From NCBI GenBank assembly GCA_021613535.1, contig CP075492.1, forward strand, positions 12,896,001 to 12,960,000: DNA of 64,000 nt. Direction: 5' to 3'. The translations under genes were made by a program, and so were the position numbers. The stretch's first letter is position 1. Each line of letters starts with the position of its first letter. Shown here piece by piece: positions 39,263 to 52,624 of this stretch. The notes below the pieces were generated by a model. That model was not told the DNA's origin. It saw nothing but the letters and a program-made list of their open reading frames with translations, and did not search any database. The DNA is from Adineta vaga (Eukaryota; Animalia; Rotifera).

Positions 39263-40223
39263 TTATGCTTCTGTCAAATCATCATTATAATACAACATAA
39301 TGGATTGTAAATAACTATCATCACGCATTTTAAGTCTATCAAAATCAGCATCATCATCACGAATACCATTTTCTTCTAATGTTTTCTCCATGTCTAAGAC
39401 TTTACCATCATATTTCCATGTATAACTTGATGCATGTTTATTATATTTTAAATAGCGTTCAAGGATTTCATGCATATTTTCTTCAGAACAAACCTTTTTG
39501 GAAAGAAAACAAGTTATTATTGAGAAGAAAAAAAAAGATTTGAAATTTACTTCAATTATTTGATCTTGTAATGTGAGAACGTTTAAGATTCGAATTGTAC
39601 GAATTTTTTTCGATAAAACACCGATTTTATATTTGGAATCTTTCCACCATGGAATGCCGAAATCATTAGCAAAATCACTTGAAGGAAATGGTGGAGAAAC
39701 ATGTATAAAACGACCGTGAGGTGTATACGGAAGTAAACAATGCGTGACTGGATCGATATGATGACGAATCTATATTGAACAAAAAAGAAATTTCTCGATG
39801 TTCAATTGTATAAATGAGAAAATCATATTTTGCAAAACGAAAAATATGGAAATAAATCTAAAGTCTTAGCCTGTGATTCCGTTACTTTTTCTGGAAAAAA
39901 GATTTTAGAGATAAAAACAAATATTTCCATTGTTTAAGAAGTCTTACATCGTGTGTTCGAGGATCAAACCAATGTGATATATCCAAACCAGCGACGTCAA
40001 TAATTGGTTTGAGAAGAACATCACCTATAAATTAATTACCGATGAAATATCTTTATCAAAAAGATTAGATACCCTAGAACGAACCACTATGTTCTTCGAC
40101 AAGTTTCGTCAAATCATAGACATGACCCAAGAAGGATACCCAAATATCGGATGTTGTATTATGTGACGAAACTTCATTGGAAGTGAAGAAATGTGGTCGA
40201 GATGCTTTCGTATCTTTCTTCAT
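39263..40223 (-). CDS. CYB5D1: Cytochrome b5 domain-containing protein 1
   Basis: [12 protein letters not shown]...[55 protein letters not shown] and [10 protein letters not shown], matching CYB5D1 architecture. Confidence 0.92.
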
Positions 40224-40314
40224 TTTAAACGTTGTTCCTTGACAATCTTATATAGAAATAGAACATTAACGTTTTGTTTTCTATTGATACCATTTTTAAT
40301 ATGACAAACGATAT

Positions 40315-40327
40315 GTTGTCTAGCAAC
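40315..40327. promoter_or_regulatory. RFX X-box upstream of CYB5D1
   Basis: GTTGTCTAGCAAC, ~90 nt upstream of the ATG. A weaker second match, GTTCCTTGACAAT, is at 40234-40246. Confidence 0.6.
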
Positions 40328-41079
40328 ATAGTTGAAAGATACAGTACTAAAAAATGAGACGATTTCAAATTCTAGATATAACTTCGAAATAGTAGATCAT
40401 GAAGAATCTTTATTGATGAATTATTTTACATTTGTAGTTAATAGATGTCGTTAGATAGTATGGATTCTGTCTGAATAGAAAAAAGAGTGAAAGTGGCTGA
40501 TTAATGTTTCATTGTACGGAATCAATTGCTCAAAAAAAATTTATATCATATTACTTTTTAATTATCTGAAGAGAAAAAAAACGAAGCAATGAAACTCTAT
40601 ATACACAATACTCCCAGATAGTTTTATTTTCTAATTGTAGCTAAATAGTCATACTTCTATCAAATCTATATCCAAAATTTGATCTAAAAGTGAGCTGAAA
40701 GACTGAAAAAAAACATATTCGTAAGTATTTATTAATCATCGTACTTAAAATGTCTTATCCAATAGAATTTGAGAAAGAAAATCATTTCCATCGAAGAACG
40801 ATACACAAATTATTCCTTCTCTTGGAAACAATCCAAAAACGATTTCTTTTATACGATCCACTATATGAATCACTAGTTATTTTTCGTTTCTACTCCATCC
40901 ATGCTTAAATAATATAGAATATGTTATATATATATTCATGTTATCATATACGTAAATTATCTCTCGTTCTTTTCGGTGTCACTAAATAGATTTAAAAAAA
41001 ACTATCCATATTCTTTTCTGTTATTCTTCTTGACATGTTTTGTTGTTTTCATTAAAGATCTTCAGTGTGTAAATTTGTC

Positions 41080-42430
41080 ATGAAAAATCAAACTATTGAA
41101 CTTCGTACGATTTTTAATGGACTTTCTCGATCATTAGATGAACAATATATTCAATTAAAAACTGACCTAGATAAATGGCATGCCGATATGTTTCAACGTA
41201 TTCAAGATATGTATTTGAATACTTTAATTGAATTAGATACATCTTATGAACGATTAGATACATTTCGTCAAACACTCTATGTTCTACTTGATGATGAACG
41301 ATTGACAGGTAATTATACGAACTTTTATAAAGCAAATTGAAATGACCTATTCTTTTCTTTTTTTCGTTTTCTTTCCAGTACCAATGACTTCATCGGATAT
41401 AAATACATATTCAACTCGATTATCATGGATCGAAAATGAAATTGATTCAATATTAAATCTATTCTTTCATATTAATTGTCCATCAGTGAAATTAAATCAT
41501 CGACCATATCTTATTCATTCCAATACATCATCAGTTATTCCATGTCGAGTTTTAATTAAACATGAACATACAAGTTTATTACCAGATTCAATGAATAATA
41601 CACTTTATACACTATTAACTCATTCAACATCACCTGAAGCAATATTAATTACAAGTACTGTACAACAATTAACGTCAATTATTGAACAAATTCTTTGTCA
41701 AACAAATGAATTACGTATTTTAATTCATGAATGTTATGCTCCATTTATTATTGGACAATTAGGTAGTCGAGCAAAGATGCTAAAAGATAAATATAGTTTA
41801 ACAAATGTGAAAGTCTATCCAACATGTGCTCCACTATCAACTGAACGAATACTTCTTTTAACGGGAACAAAATATGAACAAATTATTGAATGTTTAACAG
41901 AAATCTATTTAAATATCTGTCAAACATCGATAATGAATCAAAATCAACAAGCAATATTTCTTTATTCACCAGAATTTTATGATGTTTCATTAGCAGATGA
42001 TTATGGAGGTTTTGTTGATCGACAATTACAAGGAACAAGTCAACGATCTGTAACAACGAATAATAATAATTTCGTACAAGATGATGATGATTTAAGTGGT
42101 TATGAAGATGAAGATGTGGAAGATTTTGATAATGATGGAAATACACATTCAACAGATGCAGTTGAACCATTACGTGAAAGACATTGGACATTATCAGATG
42201 CTCAAGCTGGAGCTTTATTTGGACCGAATTCTTCTCGTTTACATCAAATTCGTAGTGAATCAAATGCTTGGATTGTTATCTACGAAGCTGAAGGAAAAAG
42301 TACGCGAAGACCTATGTCTATTCGCGGAACGAAAGCAGAAATTGAACAGGCAACAAAATTAATTTTAGAAACAATCAAACGTCATGATAGAAAACTACCA
42401 TTAAGACACAATCATAAACGTGGAAAGTAA
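41080..42430 (+). CDS. Divergent hnRNP K-like protein with two KH domains and a helical N-terminus
   Basis: ELRILIHE..APFIIGQLGSRAK...CAPLSTERIL (KH2-like), YSPEFYD...DYGGF (hnRNP K-type linker) and AGALFGPNSSRLHQIRSESNA (KH3-like). Intron ~41309-41378; 5' end uncertain. Confidence 0.78.
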
Positions 42431-42753
42431 TTCAGGTAGAACGTTTCTGTCTAACAATACTAATAAGATTAACACATTCATTTAAATTTAGATCAACCAA
42501 ATGTGATATTACTTAGTGATTTAGTAAACTTTTTATGTGTGTGTGTTGTTTTGCTATCGTTTGTTTTTTGTATATAAATTCATATTAACCTTTTATTCTA
42601 TTCCGTTGTGTTTGTCTTGTGAAGAAAAAAAAACTGAACGTTGGAAAAGGTTTTTCGTTATTAGTGATCTATATTTAAGTTTTCAATTATTTATTGCCTC
42701 TACAAGACGTACAAAACTGAATGAAAAGGAAAAATATATAAATAGTATGAAAT

Positions 42754-45700
42754 TTAACTGATGACATTATTGGAAACATCCTAAAACAAATAAATAAATG
42801 AAAGTTTGATTTATTCATATAACAATCAAAATTTAGTGTTACCATTGATTGTAATTCTAGGAGTTTAACTTTATTCGTTTGATCAGATAATGTATCTAAA
42901 GCTTCATGTAATTCCTAAATGAAATACACAGATAGATGATTAAATATTTCTATGAATTTATCAAAACAAACTTGTTTCAATGTTTTAATTTCATAATTCT
43001 TTCGAGATAATTTTTGATTCATTTCTCGTTTGACTGTTTGAACTTTTCCTGTTGTATCATCAGGTGGACAATGATGATGCAGATTATTGATTGAACCACC
43101 ACTTCGACGTATTAATTCATTCGATTGTGATAGATCTGCATTCTGAATTAAATCAATTTTCAATTTCATGTGAAATTTTATGACAAATCTGAAACATACT
43201 CGACTGAGTTTAATCGTTGAATTAACTCGTTTCTCTTGATTGAGATTGTTTTGAGTTTCTTTCAATGTATTTCGAAGATATAATGTTTCATCATCTTTTA
43301 TTCGTTTATCGGTCTGAGAGAAAGAAACCTATCGAAAAAGTCAAAGAATACTTGAGAAAACTTACTTCAAGACCTTGTAAAAGATTGTCTCTTTCACGTA
43401 GTGCAATTTCAGCTTGTCGAAGTTTGCCCAAATCTTTTTCATAATCTTTTAATAGATCTTCTTTACGTACTAGACGATCATGTAAAATCTAAATCAATAA
43501 AAAAAGACGAGAAGGTATTTTAGTTTATTAGATAAATATAGACGGGTCTAACTTCAATTTTTTGTAATAAAACATCAATAATACGTTGTCGTTGCTGAAC
43601 AGCAACATAACGTTCATTAGATGATGCAGTTGTCAATGGAGATGTGTTCAATAATGTACTATCTTCGATATCAAGTAATCGAACTACTTTTCGAGCGAAA
43701 GTTTGATACTATATGAGAGAAAAATTTTGAATGAAGTGTTGAGAAGATTTTCTGAAAATTTAATTTACTAATTCATCACATGATTGTAGAATATTCATTG
43801 TTTCAGCATGAGCTGTACGTTCTTCAATAACTTTTTGTGCTTCGGGTGTTAAATAAGATGTGTCAGTTCCTGTTAATGCTTGTCGTGATGCTGTTGCTGA
43901 ATTGGATCCTGTTGGTGCTGTTAAATATTGTATATCAATAGGTAAAGCTTGTCGTGCACGCATTTCTGCTAATTCACATTTTAATGAAACAACTTGTTGT
44001 AAAGTTTTTTCATAAGATGGATTCGCTGGTCTTGTTTGTTCTAATGATTTAATTCTTGCTCGTAATTCATTCAATGCTTCCCGTTGTCGACCAATAGTTT
44101 GCTCATGTCGTTCGCCTTTACATTGTGCTCCGATAGCAACAAGTTCATGTGTTACACGACCCTAGAAGAATAAATTGATTGACAGTTATAGACGATTGAA
44201 ATCGTTTTTTTTTATTTACTTCATCATGACTGGTTCTTTCAACACGTTCAACAATTGAACTTGTTTGTTCAAGAGATTTATTCAATCGATCGATATCTGT
44301 TTGACGTTGATCGACTAATAATTGATATTGATCTGCTAAAACTTTGGATTTTCTATGAAATAAAATACAAATGATTGACTATAGTTATTATCAAACAAAC
44401 GTATTATCTCATACGAAAGTTCAGTTTGTAGAAATTCAATTTTAGCTGCTTGTTTATCAACAATATCACTTAATTTCGATAATTTTACTCTTGTTGCATT
44501 TAATTCTTTTGTTTGATCACGTATAGTATTGTCACTTTTTTCTAGGGCTCGTTTTTGTTTATCACTTAATTCACCTTGAACGTCCGATAGACGAGCATTC
44601 ATACCAGCTAAATCACGTCGTAATGAAATAATTATTTGTTCTTGTTCTTGAATACGAGTTTTATATGTTTGTAATTCATGACTACAAAAATCATATTTCA
44701 TTATTAAGAATTCAAAATCTAATAACAAACCTAACGTCGGTTACAGCTGTAGTTACAACAGGTATGATGGGTATTGCTTTCGCAGTAGTTGAAGTAGGTG
44801 TGGGTGGTTTACCTAAAGAAATTCATAAATCGATTGATTTTCTTTTGATATCAAGACGTTCCTACCAACATCTGTTATCAATGTTACTTTACCTTTAACT
44901 TTTTTGCTAGCATTATCTAATTCTGTTTGTAATTTTACACGTTTGTCTTGTTCTTCAGTTAGATTCTTTTCTAACTGTACAATCATCTTGGAAAATTGTC
45001 GTACTTGTCCTTTGTAAACTTCAATTTGTGCACTAAAAAATCAAATGTATGTGTAGAAAACGAACTTATTAATGTAACGAATGTTTACTTTAAATCTTCG
45101 ATAGTTGTATTTTTTTCTTTTTCCATCCGATTTAATTCTTCTCTTTGTTTATCATGAACATCTGATAAACCATTCTGTTGTTCTCTCTAGAACAATAAAA
45201 AAACATGATCAAATAAGAAGGAAAATCAAATGAACCTGTTCAGTTAATTGACGTTGACAATCATGTAATTTTGTCGTTAATTCATCAATTTGTCGAGATG
45301 ATCCACTTTGAAGTGTTGTCAATTGCTTAAAAGTCATCAGATACATTGCCATAATGTTACAAGTATAAATTTTCCTACCTGAAGATATTCATTATTTTGC
45401 GTAGTAACACTTGCAAGACGATCAGTTAATGAACGAATTTGTTCATCATGATCACTTTGTAATTGAGCAGTTTGTTGACGAAGACGATCACATTCATCAT
45501 TATAACGTTGTTGCCAAGAAGCACTATATTGAAAAAGTAAAAGTTACTAAACGAAACAATAATGTTTAATCTTCCTACTCTTTGTCGGAAGTGAGTTTTT
45601 CCAATTCAGAACGAAATCGCTCTTCATGAGATGTATGTTCAAGTGCAAAATTTTGTTTTTCACGTTCGAATTCTTCATATTGACGACGAATGAATGCTAA

Positions 45701-48110
45701 TGTTTGATTTACAGCTAGACAAAAGAATATCATCGAAATTTTTGTTCTTCATTTCATATAAAACTAACTCACTTTGAGTTTCTTGTTGATCCTCACTTTT
45801 ACTAACAAGACCATTGATATCCGAGATTAATTTCGTATAAAAATCCACAATATTCAAGGCTGCACGTTTAAACATTCCAACAACTGTACCATCTTCAGCC
45901 CCTTCTTCCAGATCAATCATTTGTTGTCGAACTTGTGCAAGATTTTCCGTTGTTGCGTGCTCTTGTATTGCATTCGACTATTTTAAAAGAACATTTTATT
46001 TTGAATCTGTTCGTGAATAACTTACAAGTAATCCAATGAATTTACTGAGTAAAATTCGTAAATTTTCATTCGATGATGCATAATGATCAGTTTGTTGTCC
46101 AAGCTGATTTTGAGATTGAGTCAAACGTTGTTTTAATTGTTCAATTTGTTCAACTATATTATGTTGTTCTTCATCATAATCATCATCTTCATCGACTGCA
46201 AAACATTTCCATATTCTCGTACAGAATTCGTCATACTAAAAAATGAAAGGATTATTTTCTTTTTTTCAAACAATTTCTTTACTTTTTTCTCCGAATTTTG
46301 TAGATTAGTTTTAAATTTTGCTTCATTTTGTTGGACTTCTACGAGTTGGCCACGCATAACTTCACATTCTTGTTTTAACTTTTGTTCATTTTGATTTAAT
46401 CTTAATAATTGTGTTTCAGTATCTTTCAGTTGTGACTTCAATCGATTTACACTTTCATTCAATTCACTTATTTGTTGTTCAGCAAGTTTGATTTTCTAAA
46501 ATAAGCAATGTTCAATAGAGAAGAAAAGATGATAATAGGAGATTTACAAGTTCTTTTTCCTTGGTGTAACGTTCTTCTTCTGCATGATTACGATCACGAA
46601 GTAGATTGAGCTAGAATAAAACAAACAAATTTCGATGATTTTCATCGTAAACAACGAGCAAAAGATCATATACAAAACAAAATGATTAGTAAATCAAACG
46701 GAAATGCTTCAAAAAAAAATGTCTCCTTTTCACTCACCTCCTTTACATGACAGAAGAGAGGGCAAAAACAAGGCATGCAAAACGACATGATAATATGAAA
46801 TCAATACTCTATTTACCTTTGCTTGGAGAGATTGTAATCGAAGATCTTTGTCACGACTATCATTTTTCATCCCTTCGATTTCTCGAGTTAATTTTGTCAG
46901 ATCAGATTCCTACACATAACGATATTCACTCATAGAAAGATTTAGAATGAATCTCAATGAGCATACTTTAATATGGAGATCACGTTGAAGACTTGTAATC
47001 AATCCGGAAGCAGCTTGTTTTTCCCGTTTCACTTTGTCTAACTCACTTTTTAATGTTCGAACTTCATTTGTAAACGTTGAACTCAATGGTTCTAAATTAC
47101 GAAGCTGAAGAAAAAAGAACATATCTAATTATTAATTCATGTAACAAGAAAAACTAAGTTACGCGATCATTTAATCCACGAATATCTGCATCACGTCCTT
47201 TTATTTCTCTCTCTAGTTGATCAACACGATTTGTTATTTCACTCGCTTCATGAGTTGAAATATCTAATTCTCCAGTAAAATTTCCATTGATCACATTTCG
47301 ACCATTACTTAAAGTATTGTTCGTTGTCCAAGCATTCGCTATTAATAAGATTCAGTGTGAGAAATGAAATATAGGATGTTTATTAAGGATACATACTGCG
47401 AACTTGAGAATTATGATTAGTATTAGAATCTTGACTAGTAGCGTTTGTAATCATAGTTGGTGGTTTCTTAGCGCCTACACTTGAAGGTCGAGTTCTATGA
47501 AACGAAGAAGAATATTACATGATCTGATAAAGAAATGACAACCATTGTTATACCGAAGTGAAAATCCTGGATTTTGTGTGATATCAATTTGTTGTTGTTG
47601 AGTTGTAGTGCCACTTGTTACTCGCCGAGATGGAATTGTTTGAGAAATAAGTTGAAGAGAATTCGATGTTGGTTGCCTTTGATAAATAGATGGCATTGTA
47701 GTCTAGACAAATACCTTGCAGAAATTTTCAGAGAAATATGATGTTAAATACTTCTTGTAGTTGTTCCATACGAAATTCTAATGGTAAACCATTACTACCA
47801 AATCGAATAATATCACCATTTGCCAATCGAACAGCTGCATTTTGTACACGACAATCATGAACATATGTTCCTGATGATGAATTCAGATCTTTCAAAATAA
47901 AACAACGTTGTTCATCATCATATTCTAATAATGCATGTTGATTGTCAACTTGAGGACTCTACGAAAGAAAGGACTATATAAAATTCATAGAAATACATAA
48001 GATGAACAGACATTGATACTTATATCACAATTTTCACGTCCAATGGTTGTTACTTTAGGACCAAGAGGAAAAGCATACGCGCCGTCTTCACTGTACAATA
48101 AACCTTTCAT
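42754..48110 (-). CDS. FHAD1: Forkhead-associated domain-containing protein 1-like (FHA plus long coiled coil)
   Basis: MKGLLY...VTTIGRENCDI|..VDNQHALLEY...LKDLNSSSGTYVHDCRVQNAAVRLANGDIIRFG FHA domain. Many coiled-coil exons include GAQCKGERHEQTI and LRRDLAGMNARLSD. Confidence 0.85.
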
Positions 48111-48348
48111 ATTATCTAGAATTATGTTCAAATGATCCATTGAGGAAAAAATGTATATTTTGATTCAATTTTATTCAAAAAGAACTAACAATGATGAGAT
48201 TACCTACATTCGTTTGTGAAGGATTTTAATCGATTCTCTTTACTTTCCTTTGAAAAAGCAATTAAAGGTAGGTTGCCAAGAATTTGAACTAAAATCAATT
48301 TGATCTGTTTATTGACTCATCATTCCATTATAAGTAGAGTATATGCCG

Positions 48349-48361
48349 GTTGCTTGGATAT
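48349..48361. promoter_or_regulatory. X-box-like motif upstream of FHAD1
   Basis: GTTGCTTGGATAT, plus half-site GTTGCCAAGAAT at 48272-48283. Confidence 0.5.
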
Positions 48362-48926
48362 TCTAAGTTATTATTTTCATAAAAGTCATCAAAATATTAC
48401 AATTTTTATATAAAAAAATATGGAACTTTATTCTTAAACATTTTCATCTCAATTTTCATTTGTCTATAGAGGACGCTAATCTGCATTGAAAACATTGTTT
48501 TTATAAAAATAACCTATATATCCAAACAAAGCTTGTATTTTTGTTTTTTATATATAATCATTTCTAAATAATTCGCTTATTTTGGATTTGTATTGGTCAA
48601 TCTCCTACGTCCACTATTGGACTTACTCGAATAAAAATTGCTCGTACTCTCTCTCGCTCTATTTTTTTCGTTCTTTCTTTTTCTATTTTACTCGTTGATT
48701 TTTTTTACGGCTTGGTTTGTTCCTAGAGCATGTCCCAACTGTATGCCTGACATATGAACTACGAGCAAGTCTTTTAAAAGTACAGCTATCTTTTAGATAA
48801 TCATGTTAAACATCGAATTAAAACATTTGCGATATGATCAATAAGCAACAACGACAAATACTAATGGATTCATTTTCATATGATTAAAACTTAGTTATTT
48901 ATTGTTTTTTCAAAAAAATAAAGAAA

Positions 48927-51887
48927 ATGAGTGACGACGACGAACAGCAACAACAACAACCTATGAAGTAATGGAATTCTTTCGAATGATTTACTTTATT
49001 ATTAAATTTTATTTCAGTAATTCACAAGATGTTGAACATCGTCGACGTTTAACAGAGATTAGAAATGAATTACAAACATTAATGCGTCAAAAAGTATTGT
49101 TATTATTCTTTGTTAATGAATACGATTATATATATTTTCTTTAGAAAAAATATGATGAAGAAAAATTACGACAAGATGCAGAATTTTTGCAAAGTGAAAT
49201 CAATGATTTACGTAATTCAATATTCGATATTAATAAAGAAATAAATAATCAAACACAAACCAAAAAGAAATTGGTAAGAGAGATTTTACATTCAAGATAA
49301 ACATTTATATAACTTGTCATAAAAAGTAAAAATAAAAAGGTTAACTAAATCATAACCGTGTCCGAAAACATTACATCGATCGTTTATCAGATAGATTCGT
49401 ACTTTTCAATGTTAGTTATATACTATGTCATGTTAATTTATATTCTTCATAGAAAACAAATGTTTACATCAAAAATTTATGTGACCGAATATAAGACAAG
49501 AGGAAAAAACATCTGATGTTTTTTGTTTTTTTTCAGTTTCTAACGATCTAATGATAAATGAATGAAAAGAAAAATACACATTGATATTGATCTATCTCTT
49601 GTTTAGATATGATTAAATATCGTATCGTTATCTCTATTCTAAATATGAAATTCTATCTTAATCTCAGACAAATGTCAAAAGTTTTAAAGCATTATCATTT
49701 TCAAAATTCATCTTATTCTAGCATGTTCAAATGACAAATCTTCGATCACGATCACGACTTCGTTATACAAATTTAGCAATAGCACTTCGTGATAAACGGT
49801 TTGTTCTATTGTTTTGTTGATATTTTTTCCTCTTGACATATTGTTTGTTTGTATTCTTCAGACGATATGAAGCAGAATTGAAGAAAGAAAATAAAACCGA
49901 AGAATATCGTGAATTAGCACGTGGAGAAATACGTTCTATCGATGCTGCATTACCTGTGCTTAAGTATGTTTTAGATTTGTAAGAGTCCTTGGAGATTCTA
50001 ACAAAAGGTTTTCTTTTCTTTTTGTTTTTAGAGAAGAAGATGAATATAAAGCACGTTTGAAAGATGCAGAAGATGCACAACAAGCAGCAACTGTAAAAAG
50101 AAAAGTGAATCAATTAACTTATTTAAATCAGGAAAAGAAAACATGATCGTTTGTTTTTTCTGACTTCTATTTAGAAACTTGAAGAAAGTTTGAATAAAAA
50201 TCTACGTAAACAAACAGATATCAAACAATTACTCAGTGAAAACGCCGAAAAATTACCTGTAATCGAAGCAAGTGAGTATTCAATATGATTTTCAAATGAT
50301 TCGATAATATATTTCATTTATTTCAGCTATTGAAAGTTTACGTAATGAACGAGAACGTTTACTCTCCGCGAATACGTCATCTTCGACAAACGGAAAAAAA
50401 TCTCGTCGTCGTTTATCATCCGTTCAACAAAAAAAGATCGATTCAACTTCCACTGATGCTCATACACCCATCCGATCGTTTGTATCTCTTGAAGAAGCTT
50501 GGTAATTGAAAATATTTCATTCATCGTTTTACATTGTTTTGTTTTGTTTTTTCATTTCAGTCTAGAACATGAAAAACAACAAAATGAAGATCAATTGAAT
50601 AAAGTTAATATATTAATTAATTATTTTCGAGAAAAACTCACTGACCATGGTCTTACGAATGATCGATTATGTTCAACACCATCTTCTGAATTAACGTCTC
50701 CTCTCTATCCTCCTATCACTCCTTTGGAAGAACAATCAATTCTTTCGTCTTATATGGAAGAACGTGATTGTGATAATGTCCTTTTATCAAAAACGGTAAC
50801 GCACGAATCACCTACTGCAATTGCTATGAAATTACCTCGAAATTTTGCTTCATTAAACTTCAATTCAGTAACAACAAATGAAATCATTCATTCACCCTAT
50901 TATGATAGTAATGAAATTGAATACAAAAAAGAATTATCATCGGATATTCTGAATAAATATGGTGGACAACCCAAAAAAACCAAACAACAACAATCTTCTG
51001 TAACTGGAAAGAAACAAAAGAAAAACAAAAAAGTAAAAAATCAAAGTTAAATATAAAAAAATTCATTTCTTTTTCTTTACATAGAGTTTTGCCATTACAC
51101 ATAACCCTCAAATGATTGCTTTGTACAATAATATTCGAAGTTCAACTGGTAGTTCGGATACATTTCCATCGATGCCTATGTTTGAATATGAAATTGCACC
51201 TGCATTACAATCTCTTGAATTTTTTAAACAAAGTCTTGAATCTTATTCTAACGAGTTATCTCGGTATCGTATTAAAACATCGATTGAAGATGAACAACAA
51301 AGTAAATCAGAACATGATGATGATGATATTCGAGATTCAGCTTTGGATACTTATTCAGAAAATTCATCTTTGATAGAATCGATACAGGATACAATTTTAC
51401 CTACTTCACAAATGATCAATCATCTCGAAGAATGTCTTTCAGTCTCATCCGATGATAAGAAAACATTAACTTCTTCTTCATCGAATAAAGATGATTATGA
51501 AGAAAACAAACCTCATTGTGAACCTACGTTCAAATCCAATGGCCAAATTGATCGTCAAATATCTGATGAAGGCTATCGTTCGGTACAAAATGAACAACAA
51601 ACACAAGTAATTGATGCAACTAGTAAACCTAATTCACCATTATTGATTAGATCGAAAAGTTTTAATTGTACGGACAAAGTTGATCAATGGCTAACAAATA
51701 CAATGACAACTCCATCGGTACCAATGCCAATCACTTCTCATCCTGATTTGCAAGTAAGATAGTTATTGAAAGAGTAGATTTTCAAAGAAATTTCCTTCTT
51801 TTTTTTTTAAAATTTCAGTCGACTGATAATGGAAATGACGGGCAAAATCGTAATGAAACGACAACAATCTCGGTGCCTAATGATTGA
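48927..51887 (+). CDS. Uncharacterised coiled-coil protein with long acidic Ser/Thr-rich C-terminus (multi-exon)
   Basis: ATG 48927 (MSDDDEQQQQQ) and a chain of GT-AG exons through ORFs 50499 and 51112 (intron ~51033-51084). The last exon ends in TGA at 51887. Confidence 0.72.
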
Positions 51888-51972
51888 GAATACGACCGTC
51901 CGTTGCAGACACAGTGATTTTGTTTTCTTTTTCTTCTCTACGCTCGCATATCTTGCCAGCTTGTGACTCTTT

Positions 51973-52001
51973 TCTCTCTCTCTCCCTCTCTCTCTCTCTC
52001 T
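51973..52001 (+). repeat. (CT)n microsatellite in the 3' region
   Basis: TCTCTCTCTCTCCCTCTCTCTCTCTCTCT. Confidence 0.85.
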
Positions 52002-52624
52002 TCTTTTTTCATGATGCTTGCTACACGCATGCAATTGACTTGAAAATCAGACTTCATTTTCTTACTCTTTTGTTCATTTGCTTGAGATCGAGGAATATCA
52101 GTTATTATGATTATTATTATCGTTGTTGTTGTTATTGTCTATAAACATACCTGTGATTGATGATTATTTTTTTTTGTTTGTGTATTAGAATTAGATTTCT
52201 TTTGTTTTCGGGGCTCGATATGTTTACTCTTTAAACATGGTCAATGACATTTTTCTTTCTTTTCCTCTGTTCAGTTTGATTCTTTGTATATTGATTAAAA
52301 AACAAGCAAATCTACAAATATTTTTAAAAAAACCTTTTTGTTTCCATCGAAGATTTGAAAAAGTAGTCCTGTTATATTTGAATTAGAATTAATTATAGTA
52401 ATATATAATTGATCATGTCTCTGTGTTTCTAGTTAGACATATTCTCTTTCTTAATATATAGTAAGTACTTCTTAATCTGAATAAAGATGAACTTTGTCCT
52501 CTTAACTACTTATTGAAAAGAATTTCTTCAATCTTTTAGTTGCAATCAGTTGCTATTTTATCTAAAGAGCAACACATTTATTGAATAACATCAAAAAACA
52601 GTCGCAAACAAAACAAAACAACGT

